Part shown: positions 1 to 7,276 of the stretch, in pieces
Layout: the number at the start of each line of letters is the position of its first letter
How positions within the stretch are numbered: position 1 is the first letter of the stretch
Assembly: GCA_041288045.1 (NCBI GenBank)
Contig: JBGGMM010000241.1
Span: 1-10,620 of the forward strand
Length of the DNA stretch: 10,620 bases
Direction of reading: 5' to 3'
From: Pseudobdellovibrionaceae bacterium
GTDB taxonomy: Bacteria; Bdellovibrionota; Bdellovibrionia; Bdellovibrionales; Bdellovibrionaceae
Notes under the pieces: generated by a model
The model's database searches: none
The model's input: the letters and a program-made list of their open reading frames with translations, nothing else
What the model was told of the DNA's origin: nothing
Translations under genes and position numbers: made by a program

Positions 1-182
1 TAGAAAAGTCGCTGCATTATTCATTGGAAACGAAGTTGTGTTTCCACGATTTCTTTCGTAAAAACAGGATGTTGCTTTAAGCGGCGTAACACTCTGCGGC
101 GGTTCTCAGATTCTCGCATTGAGTACGCCAAATACCGCCCAGGCAGATAATTTAAGAACTAGTTATTCATTTGAATTTCAAT

Positions 183-1229
183 TTATTCTAAGAAAAGCTG
201 TTCAATAAGTTTAGCCGTCGATCCAGTCCAAAGATCGCCAGTTCCAGTGCCACACCAAAGAGATAGAAAATCTGCGGAACCTTTAGCAGTCGATGCATTT
301 CGTATGTCCCGAGTAAAATTATTCTGAGCAGGAAACGGAAGAATTGCATTGGGTTTCAAATCCATTTCTTCCATAAAACGATTCACGAGTCCTCTCGCCA
401 ATCTACCTGAGAAAATACGGGTAAGTCTGGTCTTTCGCTCCTTTGACTCTAGAAGCTTGAATCGATAAGGTTCTGAAGTTCCAGCTTCTTGAACTGCTAA
501 AAACGCTGTCCCCATTTGGACGACATCAGCACCTGCTCGGAGAGCCATTGTCACATGATCTTTAGTCATGATCCCACCAGCAGCGATCAAGGGAACTTTG
601 ATTTTCCCTTTAACTTCTCTTAAGAGATCCAACATTGTGATATTGGGATCACTTGCTAACGGATCAAATATCCCTCTGTGCCCACCCGCTTCAACACCCT
701 GTAGGACAACGGCGTCGACACCAGAGTCTTCAAGAGCCAGCGCTTCCTCAGGAGTAGTAGCAGTTCCAATGGTGAACAAGCCCTGTTTATGTGCTTCTTT
801 AAGGTAATCATTCTGTAAAGTTCCAAATACGAAACTAAATGCATTCGGCCTGAGAGATAAAACAGCCTCAAACTGTTTGTTGAAATCTTCTTCATAAGGC
901 GGGCTCACCTTCGGCACAGGCAGACCCAGTTCACTTCTAAAATTTTTAGTCTGTTGGATTGCTTCCTGAAGGAGATCTTCTGAAACTTCAGGGATTCGGC
1001 TTGGAATAAACAAATTAATTAAAATAGGTTTTTTTGTTCGCACCCGAACCTGATTGGTCATTTCTTTGATTTTGTCAGGTGAAAGGTAGGCTGCACCGAT
1101 TGAGCCAAGGGCTCCAGATTCCGAAGCAGCAACAACTAAATCCACTGAAGAAGGGCCTCCAGCCATCGGGGCAACAATCAAGGGGACATTTAATTGGAGT
1201 GCATGCGTAAGCCGAGTATTGAAGTCCAT
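183..1229 (-). CDS. Nitronate monooxygenase (class I NMO / 2-nitropropane dioxygenase family, FMN-dependent), 348 aa
   Basis: Motifs APMAGG, QGVEAGGHRG (catalytic His), AAGGIM, QMGTAFL..EAG, TRIFSGRLARGLVNRF and DFLSLWCGTG. Start moved from the ORF-track 1325 to the ATG at 1229 (MDFNTRLTHALQLNVPLIVAPMAGG), which matches the usual family N-terminus. Confidence 0.9.
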   Translation of the reverse strand: MDFNTRLTHALQLNVPLIVAPMAGGPSSVDLVVAASESGALGSIGAAYLSPDKIKEMTNQVRVRTKKPILINLFIPSRIPEVSEDLLQEAIQQTKNFRSELGLPVPKVSPPYEEDFNKQFEAVLSLRPNAFSFVFGTLQNDYLKEAHKQGLFTIGTATTPEEALALEDSGVDAVVLQGVEAGGHRGIFDPLASDPNITMLDLLREVKGKIKVPLIAAGGIMTKDHVTMALRAGADVVQMGTAFLAVQEAGTSEPYRFKLLESKERKTRLTRIFSGRLARGLVNRFMEEMDLKPNAILPFPAQNNFTRDIRNASTAKGSADFLSLWCGTGTGDLWTGSTAKLIEQLFLE

Positions 1230-1475
1230 ATTGGTATGTTGAAGGCAGTTCACCTCTAAGTCATGGAGCAGCCTGTGAAACTTTCTGGTTCCCTGCAAAC
1301 TCGGGAACACAAAAATAAAAGGCATCGGGAACTACAACTTATTCTTTGATGATAGCAATCTGTTAATAAGCACAGCGACTTAGTTAGGCACCCATTCGGG
1401 AACAAGCATTCACGAAATCATCCACCAAGGAACGCCACTTCCTAATCTAGGATCCCGGATAAACCATTGGAGTAC

Positions 1476-2108
1476 CTATCCGCGAATCCAATCCATGACA
1501 TCACCCCCAAGCTTAATCGCCAGAACTAAAAGAATAACTCCCGAAATCAGCGAAACGAAACGCATAGCTGTCGGGCTCTTGAGAAGACGACTTCCCATTG
1601 AAGCAAGCAACGCAAGGCCGAAGAACCAGATGGTTGAAAACGCTGAGGCTCCTGCTCCAAAGTAAAATCGCTCAGTCATTTCTCCGAATTTGGCAGAATA
1701 GCCACCAACCAAGACAACTGTATCAAGATAAACGTGCGGATTGAGTAGACTAAATCCAAGAGTTGTCAGAACGGTTTGCTTCATAGTGGTCGCCTGTTTT
1801 GAATCGAGCGAAATCTGAATCCCATTCTTTGCTTCCTTTAGTTTCAGAAATCCATAGAAGAACAGAAATCCGACTCCAACTATGCCAAGTCCAATTTTCA
1901 AAAGAGGAACTTGAACAAAGAATGTTGCCACGCCTAGCACTCCGACAAAAATAAGAAGCGTGTCACAGACGGAAGAGACAAAGGCGACTAGCAAATGCCG
2001 TTGCCTCCTAAGACCCGAGTTAAGAACAAAGATATTTTGGGCACCTAAAGCCAGAATCAAACTTGCTTGAAGGAAAAAACCTTGAACGAAGAGACTAAGC
2101 GATGACAT
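1476..2108 (-). CDS. LysE/ArgO family amino-acid exporter (arginine/lysine/canavanine exporter-like), 210 aa
   Basis: Signatures LILALGAQNIFVLNSGLRRQ, CDTLLIFVGVLG, LLNPHVYLDTVVLVG and GASAFSTIWFFGL; about 6 hydrophobic segments; SD GAGGGGG at 2113-2119. Confidence 0.92.
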   Translation of the reverse strand: MSSLSLFVQGFFLQASLILALGAQNIFVLNSGLRRQRHLLVAFVSSVCDTLLIFVGVLGVATFFVQVPLLKIGLGIVGVGFLFFYGFLKLKEAKNGIQISLDSKQATTMKQTVLTTLGFSLLNPHVYLDTVVLVGGYSAKFGEMTERFYFGAGASAFSTIWFFGLALLASMGSRLLKSPTAMRFVSLISGVILLVLAIKLGGDVMDWIRG

Positions 2109-2120
2109 GCGACCCCCTCA

Positions 2121-2162
2121 AGAGCCGTCTTTGCGAATCCTGGTACGGTTCTCCTCGTCAGG
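2121..2162 (-). ncRNA. Guanidine-III (ykkC-III) riboswitch aptamer in the 5' UTR of the LysE/ArgO gene
   Basis: Transcript sequence CCUGACGAGGAGAACCGUACCAGGAUUCGCAAAGACGGCUCU. P1 is CCUG/CAGG; pseudoknot P2 is AGAACCGU/ACGGCUCU with one A-C mismatch. The core ACGAGG, CCGUAC and AAGACGG blocks are present. It ends 1 nt before the SD. Confidence 0.88.
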
Positions 2163-2199
2163 GACATTAGAAATGCCAAAATATTCGACTTGTTCGCCT

Positions 2200-2229
2200 A
2201 AGATAGCACGACACTAAACTTCATTTCAA
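2200..2229 (-). promoter_or_regulatory. Putative sigma70 promoter for the riboswitch-lysE transcript
   Basis: TTGAAA (2224-2229)-N18-TATCTT (2200-2205) with an extended -10 TG. The predicted start near 2193 would place the whole aptamer in an ~85-nt 5' UTR. Confidence 0.5.
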
Positions 2230-2306
2230 TCAGCAACATATCAAGCTGTGCGTACAAAATCTGTGGGACTCCGGAAGAACCATCATCCTAATTTACGTTA
2301 GTGGAA

Positions 2307-3482
2307 TCAGAGACACCGTCTTAGCACTTCCAAGCCCTCATCAACGGTGGCAAGGTCAATATTCAGGGCAGGAAACATCGTAAATCCTTGTTCACCCTCG
2401 GATAAAATAAGCCCCTCTTCTTTGGTTTTTTCAACGATGTGTTGGCCATAGTCTTCACTTTCGAAATTCACTCCGATGGCAAGACCAAGATAAGAAAAGC
2501 GAGGTTCTTCCTTGAAGTCCATTTGCGATATTTGGTCGACGAGATAGTGACCCATTTCTTGGGTATTGCTCTCAAGAAAATTCCGGTTTTCAGAGTAATA
2601 GGAAAGTGTCGCCAGCGCAGCTTCCACACTGCGCGGATGCCAACCATAGGTTGAGTAATAGCTACTTTCATATCGCATGGCCTGAGAAACCTCTTCACTC
2701 ATTAGGACCGCACCCATAGGAGCAAAACCTCCGGTGATAGCCTTCCCCAAACAAAGGATATCTGGTTGCAAATGGAAATGTTCACACGCAAAAATTTTCC
2801 CGGTTCGACCGAAGCCCGTGGCCACTTCGTCGATAATCAAAACAGTCCCGGATTTTTTGCAGGCATCTTGAATAACATCAAAAAATTCTTGGCTCGGAAC
2901 CATGGCGCCGCGGTTGCAAATTACTGGTTCCATAATCAGGGCCGCGATATCTCGTTGTTGAAGACGATGAGCGACCCGTTCTGCTGACTTTCCGTCAAGA
3001 GGAGGTCTGATTCGGTAAGCGCTGAAAGGATTTTTGTACCAATCGCCATATTCTGGCGAGCCGATACTGCGGGCCCCAATCGAATCGCCGTGGTAAGCTT
3101 CTTCTAAAGAGATAAATTTTTGTCTTTCCGTAAAAGACATCGCTGCCTGCAAAGCAATTTCAACAGACTCTGTTCCACCTGTTGAACGAAAGCTTTTCTT
3201 CAGTTTTCTTGGCGCCATACTTTCTAATTCACGGGCGTAATCGACCCAAGGTTTATACAGTTGGTGAGGAGCCACATAGTCCGGGCCACTAAAATTCTGA
3301 ACTTTCTTTTTGATATCTTCATTATCCCAGCCAAAATTTCCCACACACCAACCCATGACAAAGTCGATGTACTTTTTGCCCCGAGTTGTGTAGACGTAAC
3401 TCCCCTTTTGTTTGGCAATTTCGATTTCATCTGGTTCGCTATCTCTTCCAATATATTTTTGATCGGTCTCAAGTGTTTTCAT
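2307..3482 (-). CDS. Class III PLP-dependent aminotransferase (acetylornithine/ornithine/omega-amine aminotransferase family), 391 aa
   Basis: Motifs GKKYIDF, STGGTESVEIAL, AYHGDS, IMEPV, IIDEVATGFGRTG, PDILCLGKAITGG (PLP lysine) and STYGWHP. The substrate cannot be assigned from sequence. Confidence 0.9.
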   Translation of the reverse strand: MKTLETDQKYIGRDSEPDEIEIAKQKGSYVYTTRGKKYIDFVMGWCVGNFGWDNEDIKKKVQNFSGPDYVAPHQLYKPWVDYARELESMAPRKLKKSFRSTGGTESVEIALQAAMSFTERQKFISLEEAYHGDSIGARSIGSPEYGDWYKNPFSAYRIRPPLDGKSAERVAHRLQQRDIAALIMEPVICNRGAMVPSQEFFDVIQDACKKSGTVLIIDEVATGFGRTGKIFACEHFHLQPDILCLGKAITGGFAPMGAVLMSEEVSQAMRYESSYYSTYGWHPRSVEAALATLSYYSENRNFLESNTQEMGHYLVDQISQMDFKEEPRFSYLGLAIGVNFESEDYGQHIVEKTKEEGLILSEGEQGFTMFPALNIDLATVDEGLEVLRRCL

Positions 3483-3597
3483 ACCCCAAAAGAAGGCAAA
3501 GGCTGGGCCAACAAAACGGATTCGTGTTCTATTACAATCAATCTATTCAGTGGACGTTGCTGGAATTTTGTTGGCACCAAAAATGGGAAAAGCCCAA

Positions 3598-4566
3598 CTA
3601 AGCCGCCTTCTTAGAACTGGCAGGACCCTCCCCGTAAAGGTCAGGGCGGATAAATTCGGCGAAGGATTTTTTTCGCTGCTGGCGAAGCCATCCTGGTCCG
3701 ACGATGGCGTAGTGCTTGTTGTGGCCGTCATTCATGAGAAGATTGTGGGCTTTGGGCAGTTCATTCCATGGCAGGTCTGGAAACATATGGTGTTCGGCGT
3801 GAAAGTTGAAATTTAAGACGAGGTCTTCGATCCATTTGGGATAGCGGCCTGTGCGCGCAATTTCAAGTTGCTCCCAGGTTGGCTTCTTGTCGTAAAACTC
3901 TTCAAAGGTAATGCCGCCATGATGGGCCAAATTGATGTAATCAAAAAAGAGAGAGTAAACTAAAATCCCTCCCCCTAAAACCAGAAGCTGTTGGGAATTT
4001 AAAGCCCACAACACTCCTCCCCAAAACAGCAAGGGAGTGAAATAGCTCAGCCAAAAATCGCCGTCTTCGAATGATTTCAGCAAACGCTTGGTTGAATGGG
4101 CCCAGAACACCACATATTGAAACAGAGCCATCCAGGGAAATCTTGTTTTCCACATGACTTCAAAAATACTTTTGGTCAGAGCGGAATGGGAGGGATAGCG
4201 TTTGACCAATTCGAGAGCTGAATCTTGGCGAAAATTTCCTGCCCAGTAATGATGTTCGATATGAATGGACCGCCACAATTTGTAAGGTAAAAAGCAAAGG
4301 GCTCCCGAAACAAAGCCCAGGAACTCATTGATGAGCTTGTTTCCATGAGCCACACCGTGGACAGCCTCATGCATGAAAACGAGATTGCGAAACAAAAGCG
4401 CGGCAATCGGAAAAACCGCGAGCCAGGCCCAAGGCCAACTCTGTTGCATCAGAAAAACAACCGAGGACCAAAGAGCCAGATCTTTGGTCATATGCAACCA
4501 AAAAACTTGAGGCTGATAATTGAATTTCAATTGCTCTCTATACTTTTTATAAAGATCTCTCGTCAT
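3598..4566 (-). CDS. Membrane di-iron fatty-acid-desaturase/hydroxylase superfamily protein, 322 aa
   Basis: Three His boxes HEAVH, HIEHH and FHAEHH (followed by MFPDLPWNELP), an extra NLAHH motif, and several Trp-rich hydrophobic segments. Confidence 0.88.
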   Translation of the reverse strand: MTRDLYKKYREQLKFNYQPQVFWLHMTKDLALWSSVVFLMQQSWPWAWLAVFPIAALLFRNLVFMHEAVHGVAHGNKLINEFLGFVSGALCFLPYKLWRSIHIEHHYWAGNFRQDSALELVKRYPSHSALTKSIFEVMWKTRFPWMALFQYVVFWAHSTKRLLKSFEDGDFWLSYFTPLLFWGGVLWALNSQQLLVLGGGILVYSLFFDYINLAHHGGITFEEFYDKKPTWEQLEIARTGRYPKWIEDLVLNFNFHAEHHMFPDLPWNELPKAHNLLMNDGHNKHYAIVGPGWLRQQRKKSFAEFIRPDLYGEGPASSKKAA

Positions 4567-4680
4567 ATGGATACTTTTCGAACCGAGCCCTTGAAAACTT
4601 AAGTCTCGAATTAAAACATGTCATATTTATTTTATTTATTTACACAATCTTCCGATGACTGAGTCTGGACAGGGGAAAAG

Positions 4681-5643
4681 GTGGCTGATTTAAAGTCAAC
4701 AATCGATCAATTTAAATTGGATCCCGCGGTTCGAAAATGGGTGAAAGAGCATTCGGAGGCTCGTCCAGGATCGCATCTTTTGATGATGGCCTTCGATTGG
4801 CTTTGCATTGGCGTTACCTGTGCTCTATCTCTGCGATTTCCGCATCCAGCGCTGTTTACTTTGAGTGTCATGGTTATCGGCTGCCGCCAGCATGCCCTCT
4901 TGGTTCTTGCTCACGATGGGGCCCATAACCGCATCAGCAAAAACAGTAGAGCCAATGATCTGTTCAGCAACCTGTTTTGCGGGTATCCCACCCTGCTCTC
5001 GACCAAAGACTATCGCCGGCATCATTTGGCTCACCATCAGCACACGAACACCGATGCCGATCCGGATTGGGCTCGCAAAATTCAAATGCGCGAATGGCAG
5101 TACCCGCAAAACCGGGTTCTAATGTTCACAACGATGCTCAAGGTTTTCTTTGTTGGCGGTCCCCTATGGATCTATTTCATGAGCAAGATGACCCAAGATA
5201 ACGGGCCTAAAATGCTCTATTGGGCTTGCGTCTTGGGAGTTGTCACTTACCTCCAGGCATGGCCCCTCTTTTTGCTTTACTGGGCCCTGCCGCTGATGAC
5301 GGTGTTTCAGGTGATTCAGCGTATTCGGAGTATTGCAGAACACTTTGGCCTGCCTCGCGCTCACGAATTGAATGACACTCGAAATATATTGGCTGGACCT
5401 ATCGAAAAGTTTTTATTAAGCCCTCACAACGTCAATTACCATCTGACTCATCATCTCTTTCCCAGTGTTCCCTTTTCCAATTTGCCGGGCTTGCATCAAA
5501 AATTAAATGAGCATCCCATCTACCGCGCTTTGGCTCACAACAATGATTCCTTTTTGTTTGGAAAAAGATCGGTCCTCCATGATTTGCGAACCTGCTCGCA
5601 AACCGAGTCCAAAGAAACAGAAAAGATTCAGGCGGCGGCCTAA
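4681..5643 (+). CDS. Membrane di-iron desaturase-family protein resembling the rhizobitoxine-FADS-like (RtxC-like) subgroup, 320 aa
   Basis: His boxes HDGAH, HHLAHH and YHLTHH, plus subgroup-type motifs IGCRQHALLVLAHD, NTDADPD, RSIAEH and PHNVNYHLTHHLFPSVPF. GTG start preceded by AGGGG. Confidence 0.88.
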   Translation: MADLKSTIDQFKLDPAVRKWVKEHSEARPGSHLLMMAFDWLCIGVTCALSLRFPHPALFTLSVMVIGCRQHALLVLAHDGAHNRISKNSRANDLFSNLFCGYPTLLSTKDYRRHHLAHHQHTNTDADPDWARKIQMREWQYPQNRVLMFTTMLKVFFVGGPLWIYFMSKMTQDNGPKMLYWACVLGVVTYLQAWPLFLLYWALPLMTVFQVIQRIRSIAEHFGLPRAHELNDTRNILAGPIEKFLLSPHNVNYHLTHHLFPSVPFSNLPGLHQKLNEHPIYRALAHNNDSFLFGKRSVLHDLRTCSQTESKETEKIQAAA

Positions 5644-5780
5644 AATTTTTTCGATCGCTGCTTATGAACAATCAGACTGACCTTCAATACCCAATCTGGC
5701 ACTAGGCTCTCTTTTTCAGGATCTGAATATAGTCCAAATCGTTGCAGTCACCTTGCCGCAAACAAAAGACGATGCCACTT

Positions 5781-5800
5781 GCTTATAAATATTTATGAGC
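5781..5800. promoter_or_regulatory. 20-bp near-perfect palindrome, candidate operator upstream of the OmpA lipoprotein gene
   Basis: GCTTATAAAT|ATTTATGAGC, 9 of 10 positions symmetric with no spacer, ending 73 bp before the GTG at 5874. Confidence 0.35.
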
Positions 5801-5873
5801 GCTCTCTTGAAGACAGGAAAGCATTTAAAATTCTTTGAATGCCGACCAAAACTGAATTTACTAAAGGAACTGA

Positions 5874-7250
5874 GTGATTAAAATAAAACCGTTTTATGTC
5901 TCTGGTCTTGTTGCAATGATAAGTTTGCTCACCGCTTGCTCGGCGAATGTTAAAAAGGCTGACATCGCAAGCACTGCCGATCCCCAGCAAGAAATCTCAA
6001 AGTTAGATGTTGATCTCACTCTAGCGACGACGAAGAACATCGACGTTCTGGCTCCCCATGAATTCAAAGACAGCGCAAAATGGCTGGCCGAGGCGAAAGA
6101 AGACCAATCTAACAAAGAAGACCAAGAAGAAATTCTGAATGACGTTCGCACGAGCCGTGGTTTTTTAGAAAAAGCTTATGGAATTTCAGCCAATCGTGCC
6201 GAGAAAGCGCCCGGACTTTTTGAAGCTCGCCAAGCCGCTTTGAAGGCAGGCGCCTCAAGCCATTCAGAATTGAGGAGTGACCTAAAAAGTGTCGACAAAG
6301 ATGTCAGCTCCGAAGCCGGAAACTTTGCTCAATTGGATTCTAAAAAAATCTCGGCCTTGCAAGAGCGCTATGTGACTCTCGAGAGACAAGCGACAATTTT
6401 ATCCCGTTTAGGAAAAAGCCAGGCTATTTTCAATGGCCTAAAAAATGACGGTGCATCTCAACAGGCTCCTTTAAGTTATAAAAAAGCTGAGCTCTCACTG
6501 AAAAATGGCGAGTCCGTGATTTCTGCGAATGTCAGAAACCCAACGGGTTACAAAGTCGCGGTCGAAACTGCAATCAATGACACTGCCCTTTTGAATGATG
6601 TGATGAATGCCATCAAACAAACCGGCAAGAATTTGCCTGAGTCAGCGGCTTTGAAAATGGTTTCTCAGAACAGGCACATTGATGCTTTGAATACAGATCT
6701 GTCTGCTTCCAATGCTGAAAGTGCTGCAAACCAAAAAGAAATGACTGAAAAAAATAAGACACTGAAGGATGAGCTGACAGACAAAGAGCAGGATCTCAAC
6801 ACTGCAAACTCACGAGTCGAAACTCAACGGGCCATGGAAAATGCCCGCACACAGTTTTCTTCGAACGAAGCAGAAGCCTACCAACAAGGTGACAATCTTT
6901 TGATCCGCTTGAAGCAAATGAACTTTGCCAGCGGTCAGTCCGACCTTCCAGGCGCTTCTTTAGAAGTCCTCGCCAAAGTTTCAGCAGTCGCGAAGTCGAT
7001 GAATGCCACTGAACTGAAAGTCGAAGGCCATACGGATTCGACCGGAACCGATAGTCAAAACAAAATCATTTCTGAAAAACGAGCTTCCGCCGTCGCCTCG
7101 TATTTCAAATCGAATGGTTTTAGTGAAGTGACTTCGCAAGGCTACGGTTTTCAGAAACCGATTGCGACCAACAAATCTAAAATAGGCCGAGCCCAAAATC
7201 GCCGCGTGGATATCATTATCACACCGGATTATTCATTAGTGACCCAGTAA
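5874..7250 (+). CDS. OmpA-family lipoprotein with long helical/coiled-coil N-terminus (DUF4398-like repeats) and C-terminal peptidoglycan-binding domain, 458 aa
   Basis: Signal peptide with lipobox LTA-C22; OmpA_C motifs NFASGQSDL, VEGHTDSTG, SEKRASAV, GYGFQKPIATN and GRAQNRRVDI; SD AAAGGA before the GTG. Confidence 0.9.
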   Translation: MIKIKPFYVSGLVAMISLLTACSANVKKADIASTADPQQEISKLDVDLTLATTKNIDVLAPHEFKDSAKWLAEAKEDQSNKEDQEEILNDVRTSRGFLEKAYGISANRAEKAPGLFEARQAALKAGASSHSELRSDLKSVDKDVSSEAGNFAQLDSKKISALQERYVTLERQATILSRLGKSQAIFNGLKNDGASQQAPLSYKKAELSLKNGESVISANVRNPTGYKVAVETAINDTALLNDVMNAIKQTGKNLPESAALKMVSQNRHIDALNTDLSASNAESAANQKEMTEKNKTLKDELTDKEQDLNTANSRVETQRAMENARTQFSSNEAEAYQQGDNLLIRLKQMNFASGQSDLPGASLEVLAKVSAVAKSMNATELKVEGHTDSTGTDSQNKIISEKRASAVASYFKSNGFSEVTSQGYGFQKPIATNKSKIGRAQNRRVDIIITPDYSLVTQ

Positions 7251-7276
7251 ATCCAATCAACAAAAAAGGAGAATTT

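Noticed and set aside
1230..1325. 32-aa N-terminal extension of the nitronate monooxygenase in the ORF track
   Set aside because: Family similarity begins at the ATG at 1229; the extension overlaps a repeat-containing, probably regulatory region.
2121..2162. Alternative readings of the lysE leader as an SAH riboswitch (GAGGAG...CCAGG) or hammerhead ribozyme (CUGACGAG)
   Set aside because: It lacks the SAH P2 stem and GCUGC core, and lacks the hammerhead GAAA and three-stem junction; the guanidine-III pattern fits without gaps.
2057..2167. Out-of-frame ATG at 2167 opening an ORF across the riboswitch and into lysE
   Set aside because: No SD, and the sequence constraints are explained by the RNA structure; likely incidental.
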